Source: Camelus ferus (Eukaryota). From it: a DNA stretch of 64,000 bases. The position numbers were made by a program, and so were the translations under genes. The DNA lies in contig NC_045696.1 of NCBI RefSeq assembly GCF_009834535.1, positions 10,170,001 through 10,234,000 on the forward strand, written 5' to 3'. Numbering within the stretch: the first letter of the stretch is position 1; every line of letters begins with the position of its first letter. Shown in pieces: positions 1-12,865 of this stretch. The notes under the pieces were generated by a model. That model saw only the letters and a list, made by a program, of their open reading frames with translations. It searched no databases and was not told the origin of the DNA.

Positions 1-102
1 AGCCAAAAACAAAAGGCAATCTCTTTGTACTCACTGGCTAAAAGGCAGAAAGTAGTAACTCAAAACACAACTGAGATGAGTTTCTGATTAATAAGAGAAG
101 CA

Positions 103-291
103 AGAAACTGATACAAACTACTACAAACCAAACAGATAAACAAAGTCCTGCTGTATACCACAGCATATTCAATAGCTTATAACAACTTACGATGAAAAAG
201 ACTACATATAGACATGTAACTGAATCACTACGCTGTACACCAGAAACAAACACAACATTGTAAATCAACTGTACTTCAATTTAAAAAAAAA
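103..291 (+). mobile_element. L1 3' end fragment (cetartiodactyl-type)
   Basis: ...aactgaatcactacgctgtacaccagaaacaaacacaacattgtaaatcaactgtacttcaat followed by an A-tail; same motif recurs at ~4625, ~12400 and ~16690. Confidence 0.8.
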
Positions 292-1009
292 GAGTAGCCA
301 GAAACTAAAATACTGAAATTGTCATAAGACAACTATCACAAAAATCAACTAATACTTAGAGAGGAGCAACCTGGTACAGAGTTACCAATGCAGTAAAGGA
401 GTTAAACAGGAAGCACAGTCATAAACTACACTACCATGTACATATAAATCAAGGTGAATATGTTTGTATGTATGAATAACACACCTGGAACAAAAATATT
501 TACACAATAAAGCTATACAAATGTTAATATTTACACAATAAAGCTATACGAATGGTTTGGCTTGAGACTCAGGAAGCACTCCTTAGAAAGGGTATATATA
601 AGATGATATAATCTCATAACCATCCTAATTATAGGATAAAAACAATCTATGCTATGCAATTCAGTACGTAAAGAAAGCGTACTCTTGAGCAAGAAATGTT
701 TAAAATCATGGTGTATTCATGCTTGCCCCTTCAGGTTAAAAAGTCAGGAACCATGTAACCAATACCTTTATGAAATGAATGCAACATTCCGAGAGAAATG
801 TCAAATTAAAATCTCTTCTTCCTCACCCAGTCTTGGAGTAAATTCTTATCTTCAAACTTTTGTTAACCAAGAAAACTGTCTGTAAACAAAACCTCATATT
901 AGGGCTCAAGATTTAAAAGCTGAGCTGCTCTGATTAAAGTGAGAGTTGGCACTACAGAGTGGGAGCAGTTCCATAAATGATTACCAAGTACCTCCCACCA
1001 GTAGCTCCA

Positions 1010-1980
1010 TGAACCAGGCACTGGGCTACACACAGGGAATTTAGAAGGGAACAAAACAGAATCTCTGCCCTCAGGGAGCTTACATTCTAGAATGGGGAGA
1101 AAGCTAATAAACACGTAAAACAAAAAAATACGAACATTTCACATACAGAGAACAACTCCGAAGGAAATGAGATAGGGACACAAGGCAGATGAAGACTAGA
1201 AACAGCATTTGGGGTTTCTCCACGGGCCTGGGTAGCTAAGGAGAGCCTCTTAAAGACATCACAGTGGTTTCTGGGAAGTTCTAGAGAAGGTTCAGCCAGT
1301 GCAAAGACCCACAGAAAGAAAAGAATCTGTTCAAGGAAGAGAAAGAAGCCAGTCTGGCAGGAACAAAGTAAACAAAGGGAGTGTGGAAAACACAAGAGGA
1401 CATCGGAGAGGCAACAGAGACCAGAATACAAGCATCTCTTAAAGTGAGGCTTGAGTTTTATTTTAAGTGTAACAGGAAGTCTCTGAAAGGTTTTAAGCAA
1501 GGGTATAACATGATCTGATTTACAGTGTAGAAGCTGCTAGGTGAAACAGATTCCATACAGGCCAAGCAGAATCAAGAAAACCAGCGAGGAGATCACGGCA
1601 GACACTCATGTGAGAGACAGTGGTGGCCAGGACTAACATTTGAACGCTGGAAATGACAAGGAGTGGTCAAATTTGGGATATCCTTTGAACAGAAAGCCTA
1701 CAGAACTTAACAATGGAGTAGATACACAGTGGGTGGGAGAGAGGAATCAAGGAGAGCAGTGAGGTTTCTGGCCTGTGCAACTGGGTGGATAAGGTACCAT
1801 TTTCTCTGAAGGAAAGGTCTGGGGTGTGCAGATTAGACTGGGGATAGCATCAGGAATTCTGTTTTGACCATGTTAATTTCAAGCAGCCTGCCATTAGGTG
1901 TGCCCAAGAAGATCTGCCTAGCAGGTGCCGCGCTGATCATCTAAGTCTGTAGATCTTGGGAGAAGTTGGAGCTGGAACTA
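1010..1980 (-). mobile_element. Ancient L2 LINE fragment
   Basis: ccaggcactgggcta...aacaaaacagaatctctgccctcagggagcttacattctag and downstream blocks resemble the antisense L2 3' region. Confidence 0.65.
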
Positions 1981-3523
1981 CTCATATTTTTGCTCAGCCC
2001 TCCTGCTGCACCTGTATTACCAACGCGAACCCCTTAAGACTTCTCAGAAATCCCAGTGCTCCTCAGAGCAGTGTGAAAACCTCCGACTTGCTACCTAAAT
2101 TTGCCTAATATTTGCATAGTGTGACCAAATAATTAAACGTTAAGAAAATGTAAACTGCATCTGTTGACACTAGAATAAATTTGCTACCACCAAAATGTAC
2201 TTAAAGGGCCTTAAAGACTCTAGCGGGAAAAAAAGAAAAAAGAAAAAAAAGGTAACCATGAATGTGTGCTAAAAGAAAATAGAAAATACAGGTTAATATT
2301 TATAAAATCTTGGACTAAGAGAGTACATTCTCATTGGACCATGGGCAGAAATCCTTAAAACTGGAAAATAATGGTGGATGGGGCAGGGGGAGGTGTTAAA
2401 TACTTCTACAGAAAAATACCACAAGTTTTAAAAGCAAATGAAAAACTGGGAATAAAGAAATATTCCTAAGTATAAGGAGCTCATGTAAATTAAGAAAAAA
2501 GGTTAACTCCAAAAGAAAATGTGACAAGGACAAGGCAGAAATTCAAAAGAGATGAAATATAAGGGAGCAATTAACACATTAAAAAAGTGCTAAATTTCTT
2601 ATCAGCAAAAGAACTGAATTAAAACAGGGAGATACTATTTTTCATCTATCAAGCTCATAAATATTAAAATGTATTGAGTGTAGACTTGGAGCCTGCGTAG
2701 TAATTACTAAGTACTTTCTGGAGACAATTTGGTAAAATATACCAAGAGCCTTAGACTTTACATGCTCTTTGACCTATTAATTCCACTTGAGGGAATTTAT
2801 CCAAAAGGATATCAGAAGACTGAAAAGATTTAGGCACAAATTGTGCTTATCAGATTATAATATTCTGTACCTAAAAAAGATGCTTCAGAATCATATCTAA
2901 TGACATGAAAAGATATTACACATTAAAAGTTTGGTTATAAAACCATACAGTCAGGATAATACATAGCAGTAACTATATTCATAAAAGAGATCACTAATAA
3001 TAAATTACAGGAAGTTAACAGCTATTGTGTCTAGAAAGATTAAGTATTCTTCATGATTTTTTCATTATAATGAGCATTTATTTGATAATAACTTCATTTT
3101 GGGGGGAAAAACAAAAACAAAAGTCTTATGCATAAAAAAGATACTGAACGGAAATTATCAAAAAATTAACAGGTGATATTTTCAAGTGATAAAATATAAT
3201 TTGGGGAAATTTTTCCTCTCTTCTAGAACAGAAAATTTTCTGTATTTGCACACTTCCATTATGAACAGGCATTATTCTTATTTTTTTAAGTAAAATAAAC
3301 TTATAAAAATTAATTTCCAGTCCTCTTTTGTTATCTTCATTTGAATGACCATTACAACCATCACACAGTATTTTCAAGGGTTTATGCCTACTTTCCTTCT
3401 CTTCCTGTACCAAAACCAGTTTTTATTTATTATTCTAAATAGCTTAGGGGGGCACAGAGGGATTCTCCTGAAACACACTGGGCCCCATGTCGCCCCTGTA
3501 TTATGGACTTCAACACTTTAGCC

Positions 3524-3704
3524 CAGTGGTTCTCAAAGTCTTGGCCCAGGCCTGCAGCACCAGTATAAACAGGCAGCTAGTTAGAAATGCAAATTCTTGG
3601 GCCCCACCTCAGACCTAATGAATAAGAAACTGGGTGGGACTTAACAATGTGTTTTATCACTGTCCTCCAGTGATTCTGACACATGCTAAAGTTTCAGAAC
3701 CACT
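3524..3704. mobile_element. MER5A-like hAT-Charlie MITE
   Basis: Termini cagtggttctcaaa...tttcagaaccact; internal gttagaaatgcaaattcttgggccccacctcagacct. Confidence 0.8.
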
Positions 3705-4624
3705 TTCAGCCTACGTGCTTTGGGCCTTCAGTAAGCAGAAACTCTCCTAAAAACAGGCAAATCATTTTTCAAATTATATCTTTTAGAATTCTAATGGTAA
3801 CACATTAAATCATTCAAAGGGACCGATTTGCTAAATCATAACAGCTGAAAACAAAATTTTAAAAGAAAAATTAAAAGATCAACAAGGAAAGAAAACCATA
3901 CCTGTAGAGATGTCTTAAAGGTACCAGTAAGTCCTAGAGACATCACGTCAAGCCTTCGACAGACAGCCTTTGAGGTAAACACACCAGGCCTCCTCAAGGA
4001 ACACACTAGATGCAAACTCATTTAATTATATGTGTCAAAGGCAGGGCTTCACCATCAATCAATCAACCAGACTCCTGAGTAATAACATATTGAAGCCATA
4101 TCTAGACATACATACAACAATCAGGTGTGCTAAAAACTTTAGAAACATCTTTACCTGAACTAATCAATGAGACCATTTGGGGCAAGATCTATTGGAGTTT
4201 GATGTGAACAATTAATATAGTTGTTTACCTGTGATAGAGGTATAACCATGATAGAAATGAAACAAAGTTTATTCACAGCCCAACCAATATCAAATTTTTT
4301 GCCACATTCATCTGCTCAAAGAGCCAAATACTGAGCTAGTGCCAGAGAAAAAATGGTGTCCAAAATACCCTTCCTGCCCTCTGGAAGCCTGCCGTCCATT
4401 CACCCAGGGCAGAAACTTTACATACATTCTCTCTAATACTTGAGACTGTCACTTGCTCAAGGCCACCCAATTCCCTACAAGTCCATTCTCTGCTCTTGCC
4501 CCTCCACCCTGAACCCAACATTAGCACCAAAAAAGGACATGAGTATGCACTTTCACATCTTCCATGAATTGGTGCTAAGAATAAAGGCAAGAATAAAAAT
4601 GATTTTGTTATTATTAAAAAAGAG

Positions 4625-4867
4625 ACACAGATACTAACTAGTATATATAAAGTAGACAAACAAGTTTCTACAATATAGCACAGGGAACTATGTTCAATAT
4701 TTTACAGTAACTTATGGTGAAAAATATGAAAACGAATATATGTTCTGGTATGATGAGTATTATGCTGTACACCAGAAATCGACACAACATTTTAAACTGA
4801 CTATACGTCAATAAAATATATATATATACGCTAAATAAATATATAAAATTAAAAACAAAATAAAAAG
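4625..4867 (+). mobile_element. L1 3' end fragment
   Basis: tatagcacagggaactatgttcaata...tgctgtacaccagaaatcgacacaacatt...ctatacgtcaataaaa plus an A-rich tail. Confidence 0.8.
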
Positions 4868-6000
4868 GAGAGACATATGAATTAGGTAAAATCAAGTTGC
4901 ATTAAGTCAAGTTAAAAAAAAGTAGTTTATAAATGATCCTGTTTTTGATAGGAAAATTTTTCTATAAAAGAACAGCAACAACCAAAAAAGGCAAGACAAA
5001 TATAGAACAAAATATTAATACTGATTATACTGAATGAGATTATAGGCAATTATTCTCCCAATTAGAAATTCTTTTATAACATAAATTATTTTTTTAAATG
5101 ATCATTCAACATCAAAAACAATTTTTTTTAACCCAGCTAAGATTCCATTAATCAGTGGTTCTCAATAGGTATGTACCATTCCCCAGTGGATTTCGGAAAT
5201 ATGTGGGGTATTTTTGGTTGTCACATTCACTGGGAGGCATCACTGGCATTTAACAGGCTACTCAGAACAGTCCCATACAAGGAATTGACCCATGTGACTA
5301 GAATGTCTCTCCAGACATTCCTGTAGGGGAAAAAAATCCACTTATAATTATCTGAGCCTAGAACCAAATTCCATTTTACATATAAATACAAAGGAACTTT
5401 TGCAAGTTTTTACTATACACACAAGTTGATAGGAGCACAATTCAAAAGAACACTGTTTTCAGTTTTACCAAAAGTTCTTCACAATTTTGGAAAAGTCATG
5501 TCATTAACAATAATGTAAATAATAATTATAATAATAATGCCCTTGTCAATATCTGAATCATCTCCATCAGGATGCACTGGCAGCTACTGTATTTGCAATG
5601 AGCATCTCACTCTCTGTCTCCTTGTGAAATTCAGACCAAGTTCCAACAAACTCAAATGTCAAAGAAATACTTTATTTCTTCTTTATAAAAATATTGAGAC
5701 ATTACATTGAGAGTTTTGAAATTATGTGTATACTACTGATGAATTTAACTTCATGAGAACAAAAGAGGCTTCACAAAAAAGGAGTGCTGGGTCTGACAAG
5801 GTTGAGAGCTGGCCGTGATGACCAAGGGAATGTAGCAGTAATGAGAATCCAGCTGACTTCTATTAGACCGGACATTAAAGAGGTCTGCAAAAATGCAAAC
5901 AATGCCACTTTTCTCACTACAATTCTTTGTTATGAAAAACAGAGCTATTATCATTAGAGTTTTTGATGCTAACCTGTTATGAATTTATTATTGATTTTTC

Positions 6001-6146
6001 TTTTTTGTTGTTTTTTGGGGGGGAAGAGGTAATATGGTTTATTGAATTTATTTACTTTTTTTTTTCTAAATGGAGGTACTGTGGACTGAATCTAGGACCT
6101 CGTGCCTGATAAACTTGCACTCAATCACTGAGTTATACCCTCCTCC
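6001..6146 (-). mobile_element. tRNA-derived SINE (camelid Vic-1-like)
   Basis: Reverse complement of the ggagggtatagctcagtg...gaggtcctgggttcaatccccagtacctcc head, with AT-rich tail. Confidence 0.8.
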
Positions 6147-6250
6147 ACTATTAATTTTTAAATGAATTAATAAACTAAAAGTTTTTAAAATAGGTAAATT
6201 TTCCATCTTAGAGTTTTTGTTTGTTTCAATTCATCTCTGGCTTCAGATAT

Positions 6251-6406
6251 GTTTTGAGGGTGGGGATTAGATTTATTTATTTATTTATAAACCTAAATAA
6301 TTAAGTTTATTTATTTATTTCTATTTTAATCGAGGTACTGGGGGTTGAACCCAGGACCTCGTGCATACTAAGTACCCACTCTACCACTGAGCTATACCTT
6401 CCCCCT
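6251..6406 (-). mobile_element. tRNA-derived SINE (Vic-1-like)
   Basis: gaggtactgggggttgaacccaggacctcgtgcatactaagtacccactctaccactgagctataccttcccc. Confidence 0.85.
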
Positions 6407-8159
6407 CCGTTTGAAATTTAATTTGATACTATCAATAAAGAGGACACACATAAACAAAAGGTCTTTGAGAGTTATCAATATATTTTATGTGTATGACGGG
6501 GTTTTAAGATGAAAATGTCTGAAAACTGCTGCTCTTACAGGAAAAGAAAAGGAAGGAGGACAAAACTGGCTGGAGAGAGAGCAGATCCAAGGCTGGAGAA
6601 GTAGCTGAGTGGCCTGAAAAAATGAGAACTAAGCCAGATCAACAGTGCTGGGTTACAAGTGGTGTAAGGAAGAGGAAGGAGTCCAGGATGTGGTATAAGC
6701 TTCTGAGTTGGGCAGCTGAGTATACAGGATGTTACTCTGAGAGATTTTAATATCATAGACATCTTGTGTCATAAAAACAATTAAGTGGAAAATAAAACCA
6801 CGAACATATAAAAAGCGTAAATGAAAATATCTCACAAATAGCCATTTTTCATGCAGAGATAACACTAGTTAAAAGTACCTTCTTCTCTCCCTGCTTCTAT
6901 GTAAACAAACCAGAACTTGTGGACAATAGTCATGAACATGACTGGAACCCACTCCACGGTACCAAGGGTGGCAAAGGAGAGACAATATCTGCCCTCCTCC
7001 CTCCCCTGCCCCAGGTCCCCTTCAGCCAACTTCTTCAGGAGTCCACACAACATTTTTTCAAGGATTCAGCTTTAAAAACCTTTTTTTAAAATAGAGGTGT
7101 TTAAAGAAGCAGGAAGGAGGATCACCTACTGTCCGGTCACAGTTTTCAGCGGGAATTCCTGGGCTGGCTCCGTATCTCACTGGCCCTGCAAGAGCTGTGC
7201 TTCCCTCCCAGGGTTCATTGATGGAGGGACCCATATGGTCACAGAGCAAAGAAAGTCCCTTGAGGAAAAGTTCAAAAACACCCAATTTTTAACACAAGTG
7301 GAGCCTCCCATTCACACGAACTGCCTGGAACATCCCCAGCCCCATCCCTGCTTCCCAGGTAGCTCCAGTGTGGATCTTGGACCTAGAGAGGGATCTGAGA
7401 TAGACAGACTGACAGTAGGAAGAAAAAAATTGGGAGAAGGTGGGAGGGTACTTCGCTGAGCCCAGTGCAGATCTCTTGGCAACTTTCCCCACTTCTAGCT
7501 CATGGCTAGAGGCCTGGCTTATTCCTCCTGGCAAAGAGCCTCTCCTTGTCTCAGTGGTAACAAGCCTGGAGGAGCCAAATCAAGGTGGGTGACATTCTTA
7601 GAGGTTGACAACTTTTACTTTATTTGAATCTCAAAGACCCCTATCACCACTAACAGCTGTATCTACTAGTTCTCAGTTACTTTTTTTAAGGGTACCTTTA
7701 ACACCTTCCTCACCTCAACCTTCTTTCTCATTTCTTGTTGGTAGTAAAAACCCTCAGAATCATTCAAATGGAGTAAATACATCACTTAAAGACAGGTTAG
7801 GAGAAAACTGTGAAAATCTAACTTGTTCCAAAGGGCTGCAGAAAAGGGGAGAGATGCTCTTACAAGTCATAAAACTGAGCCAGTCTCCAGGAAGGAAGCA
7901 TCCAACTAGAAAACTGGACCAGAAGTGTCTTGGTCAAGAGTTTCGGCCTCTCCATCCTCCTATCCTTGCTCCCCATGTCTCCTGCAAGCTGTTTTTCGCT
8001 GGAGCTCCTGCCCTAGGCACTACACCCAGGCCCCCCTCAAACCTACCACCACTGCCACACAGTACTACATACAGTGAGGTAGAAATGTGGACCTTCCAGT
8101 GGGAACTTTCTATATATATTCCCAGAGAGCTATTATTACATGGTACACATACACAGAGG

Positions 8160-8385
8160 TAGCATATAGCATAGTGTTAACAGTGCAGACTCTGGAACCA
8201 GACTGCATGGGTCTTAATACCAGATCTGCCGCTTACCAGTTGTGGGTAAGTTACTTAACCACTTATAACAGTAATTATTCTGCAGAGTTCTTGGCAGGAT
8301 TAGATGAGCTATCACGTGGGAAAACACCTAGAACACTGTCTACACACAGTAGGCACTCAGTAAACATCAGTTGTTATCACGATGC
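8160..8385 (+). mobile_element. MIR SINE
   Basis: agcatagtgttaacagtgcagactctggaaccagactgcatgggt...gtaagttacttaacc...cacacagtaggcactcagtaaa. Confidence 0.7.
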
Positions 8386-8749
8386 TTCAAATACATAATG
8401 TGTTACAAAAGTTAGGGGGAACGGAATACAATAAAGTTAATCAACATATCTAAAGTCATTCCTATTGTAAAATGTGTTCAAATTTAAAACTGTAGACTTA
8501 ACCAATAACCGAGATCCTTTTCCTAAACTGGAGATTTATAATGTCCTGAAAAGAACACGTTGGCTCCAAATCTAATAACTTCTGAGCAATAAAGACATAA
8601 AATCACCAATCAATCAATCAATCAAAGAAAAGAAAATGAAAATTTTGGCTTGCAATTTATTTTCCCTCTATTTTCAAATATACATAACGCAGGCAGGCAT
8701 TTCACACATTTTTTTGTTTTTTATTAGCACAGAACATTTTTGCTAAGAC

Positions 8750-9047
8750 ACTGATTCTCGAACTTCTTGGCCTCAGGACTCTTACACTCTTAAAAATTAT
8801 TAAGGAACTCAAAGAACTTATCTTAGAAATTCTAAAAAAAGACATACATAAGCACATAATCATTAAAGACATGATGTCATCAAATGCATAAAGCCCCTGG
8901 AAACTACACTGAACACTTACGAGGAATGACGGTAAAAAAAGGGAAATCACGTCTTAATCATCATTATGAACATAATCTAAACTTGCAGACCCTCTGAAAG
9001 GGTCTCAACAACCCCTGGGGGCTCCAGACTAGAGTTTGAGAACCTGT
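8750..9047. mobile_element. hAT-Charlie-type DNA transposon fragment
   Basis: Termini ctgattctcgaactt...agtttgagaacctg resemble Charlie terminal inverted repeats. Confidence 0.5.
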
Positions 9048-9264
9048 GTGCTAAGGAAAGAACAGGTATCAAAAGTCTCATGGCTTTTACTTTCTATCTT
9101 TTCTAGATCTAAGAGAATAATTATATTTCATTGAACTATACAGGAAATGAAAATGATCACATCTTTAAATTGCCAAAAAGAAAAAACAAGTTTAAGAAAA
9201 AAAATTTAACAAAGCCACCACTAAGATAAATTAAATAAATGCCATGCCTAAGTTTTTTCTTTTT

Positions 9265-10080
9265 AAAACACAGAACATAAAATTTATCATTTAAATCATT
9301 TCACAGTACAATTCAGTGACACGTGATACACTCACAATGTTGTGTAACCATCACCAACACCTGGTTCCAGAAGATTTTCATCATCTCCAAAAGAAACCCC
9401 GTATCCTGCCCCTAGCAACTACTGATCTGCTTTCTACAGATTCACCTATTCTGAGTATTTCATACAAATGGATGATACAGTACGTGGCCTTTTGTGTTGG
9501 GTTTCTTTCACTTAGCATGTTTCCAAGGTTCATCCCTGTTGTGGTATGTATCATTGATTCCATCTTATGGCTGATTAATATTCCACTATAAGAATATACC
9601 ACATTTTGTTTGTTCATTGATTAAATAAAAATTGATGGACATTTGAGTGTTTCTACCTTTCGGCTACTGTGAACAGTGCTGCCATGAACATGTCACAAAT
9701 TTTCCCTGGAACACTTTTCTTCAATTCTTTTGGGTATATACCTAGGAATGGAACTGCCAGGCCATATAACTTTGTATTTAGCTTTATATTAAGGAATAGC
9801 AGTGGCAAAATTTTGCATTCCTATCAGCAATTCCAATTTTTTCCACATTCTTGTCAAAACTTTATTTTGCTGTTGCTTTTTAATAACCATCCTAATAGGG
9901 GTGAAGTGGCATCTCATACTATAGGTCTCCATTTCCCTAATGACTAAGTACATTGAAAGTTTTTTCATGTGCTTGTTGGGTATTTGCACCACCTGCTTTG
10001 CAGAAACGCCTATTCATGTGTTTTGCCCATTTTTTAAATGGGGTTGTTTCTTTTTGTTGTTGGATTATAAGAGCTCTATG
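9265..10080 (-). mobile_element. Old L1M 3' region
   Basis: Antisense L1 motifs: acattttgtttgttcattg...gatggacatttgagtgtttctacc...tttgggtatatacctaggaatggaactgc...tttttcatgtgcttgttgg. Confidence 0.8.
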
Positions 10081-10329
10081 TTTAATTAACTTTTTATAAG
10101 TAGATGAAGGCACTTTTAAACCTACTATGCATCTGGTCCTCTCCTCTCTACTAATCTTAAGACAAATGCCAACCTTCCAGAAGATGGAAAGAGCAACTGA
10201 GAAGTTAAAAGAGGTCATAGAATCATTTGGAATTGATACTGTATAATACCTTCTTTTTATCTTAAATTATAAATCCAGGATTGGATCATAGGTAATGATA
10301 AAATAATGTTAATAGTCATTTCTCAAAAA

Positions 10330-10535
10330 GTGCTTATTATTTAGTGAAGCATTGTGCTAGATGCTTTAACATCCTCACAACAACCCTGCAAGGCAAGAAC
10401 TGTGAAACAAAGCCATTTTATAAATGAGGAAACAGGTACAGAGAAGCTAAATAACTGGCTTATGGTAATACAATCAGTAGCTGAGCAGTTTGGCTTCAGA
10501 ATTTGTGCTCTTAATCCCTTTGCTATGCTGCCTCT
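10330..10535 (-). mobile_element. MIR SINE
   Basis: atcctcacaacaaccctgcaaggc...cattttataaatgaggaaacaggtacagagaagctaaataact. Confidence 0.7.
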
Positions 10536-12051
10536 CAACCATGAAATAATAGGGCTTGCCTGAATGGCTGGCTGAGGATTTTCATAGAAAATGCTAGTAG
10601 CTACATTCTGATACGTCACTTGCAAGTTCCAACCCCCACTGTCTGCACAAATCTTGGTTCTAGAACTCTTGAATTGGGTTTAGGAATGTCACAAAGAAGT
10701 AACCCCAAACCAGTTGGCTGAATGTCACTGTATCATTCCAATTTAGGACTTTTCTAAGATCTCTGAATCTGACAAAAGGCTATTCAGGATAATGTGACTC
10801 AACAGTCTACTTCCAAGAGAATCTGGATTGCATCTTGACCACAATTCTAAGAGGTTACAGTTACCAGGAAAGCCAGGGCCTAAAGGCCCATCTAACTCAA
10901 ACCCATAATTTGCAGGATAATTACGTATCAGTTAATGGCTTTGTAAACTGAAGCTCAAACTTTACAAGAAATCTAAAAGGTAATATATTTCATAATAAAA
11001 CCAATATGAACACAAGGCCGGAGTTTATAGATTTCATTTACTGAGCAATAATAACAGGCATAACTGCATGATGTATCTAACATTGCTGCAACTGTCTAGA
11101 GTTATGGGACCTCAGAATCTGAAGGTACTTTAGGCCATAGCTAGAATCATCCTTCACAAACAATTCCTGTTCCTCTAGAATTAAGAGGTGGACTGAAGCC
11201 CTGATAAATGCTCATTTACACCAAGTGTCATTTCATAATGTTATATTCCTATTTACTTCTGTGGTAACTAAAGAATTTTTTAAGTTCAGCTACTCAATGT
11301 GCCATTTGTAACATTTCATTACTAGAAATGGCAGTAAATGTGAGGTTCTGTTTTCTCATCAGTAACATAAGGGTGTTTACCATCTATCTCACAGAATTGT
11401 GGAAAACAAACTTTAGATGGGCTATATCTCTTGCAAAATACCTGAGCAGGGATGGGTATGTGTGAGGCAGGGTTGATGGGTGTGTGTCAGACAACACAAA
11501 AGTCATTCTAAAGCATACTTTACATGAATTCAGCACAACTCTAGATTGCTTATCTAAATCAATTATCTGCTGAACTCAGCTGCATATAACCCAGAATCTA
11601 GAAGACAACAGAAGAGTATCCTAATTAGGAAAATGAGTATCATTCACGTAGTTTTTAAAGGGAATCAGGCTATTCCTTGGGTAGACCTATCTTCAATACC
11701 ATTTCTGATATAAGCAGACAGAAGACTGAAAAAAAAAAAATCCTACCGCCTATTTGTTCAAATGTTTCACTGAATTAGCAGTAAAAAGATTTGGCATGCA
11801 AAACAGCAGCATGAATAAGTTTAAGTCACAAGAGGGCTGTAAAATGCTTTCCTGTTATGACAGGACTGTGAAATTAAGAATTATAAATCAGAGGAACCTA
11901 GGAAATAGATGGAAAGAGGTACAGTCAAAAGTTTGTGACGGGGATGGGAATCAGAGGGAAATAGCTGGGGCAGGAACTTCCACCTCAGGGAGACCCTATT
12001 TGGCCAAAGTTATCAGTAGAGCCAGAGTAGGGGAGGCAGAAGGAAGAGGCA

Positions 12052-12638
12052 CAGTACTATATACAACAGCCAAAACATGGAGGCAACCTAAATGTCCATC
12101 GACAGATGACTGAATAAAGAAGTTGTGGCATATTCATACAGTGGAATACTACTCAGCCATAAAAAATAAAATAATGCCATATGCAGCAACATGGATGGAC
12201 CTGGAGATCGTCACTCTAAGTGAAGTAAGCCAGAAAGAGAAAGAACAATACCACATGATATTACTCATATGTGGAATCTAAAAAAAGAAAGAAGACACTA
12301 ATGAACACATCTACAAAACAAACAGATTCACAGTCATAGTAAACAATCTTATGTTTACTGGGGGTAAGGGGGTCAGAAGGGGTAAATTTGGGACTTCAAG
12401 ATTTGCAAATACTAACTACTATATATAAAAATAGATTAAAAAACAGATTTCTTCTGTATAGCACAAGGAACTATATTTGATATCTTGTAATAACCTTTAA
12501 TGAAAACAAATATATGTATATATATATATATATGTATAATTGGGACATTGCGCTATACACCAGAAATTGACACATTGTAACTGACTATACTTCAATAAAC
12601 AAATAAAATTAAAAGTTAAAATTTTTTTTAAAAAATGA
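12052..12638 (+). mobile_element. 5'-truncated L1 with 12-bp target-site duplication
   Basis: ORF2 C-terminal remnant (TAKTWRQPKCPSTDD*IKKLWHIHTVEYYSAIK), 3' UTR and A-rich tail; TSD aaggaagaggca at 12040-12051 and 12639-12650. Confidence 0.9.
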
Positions 12639-12865
12639 AAGGAAGAGGCAAAGGTACATGGATTGGTTGAGGGAAATGAAATATCAAGGCAAATTCATGT
12701 GGCAAAAGGACCACATTTTGAGCTGCAGGTGGCCAGAGATAGGAAAGGTGAGGTATAGATGGAGAGGGAAAATCAGAAAGGTCAACAGGGACAGAGAATA
12801 AAGCACTCTTTAGACTGTGCATAAAGGTTTAGACTGTGCATAAAGGTTTAGACTTTATCCTATGT

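Larger units (their letters stand above)
5153..6531 (+). mobile_element. hAT-Charlie DNA transposon remnant interrupted by two SINEs
   Basis: Starts cagtggttctcaa and ends tctgaaaactgctg; block ~5843-5920 (gagaatccagctgacttctattagaccggacattaaagag...) is homologous to ~13931-14006. Confidence 0.65.

Noticed and set aside
7605..8162. 185-aa plus-strand ORF
   Set aside because: Non-ATG start, no recognisable family, intronic and antisense to ITSN1
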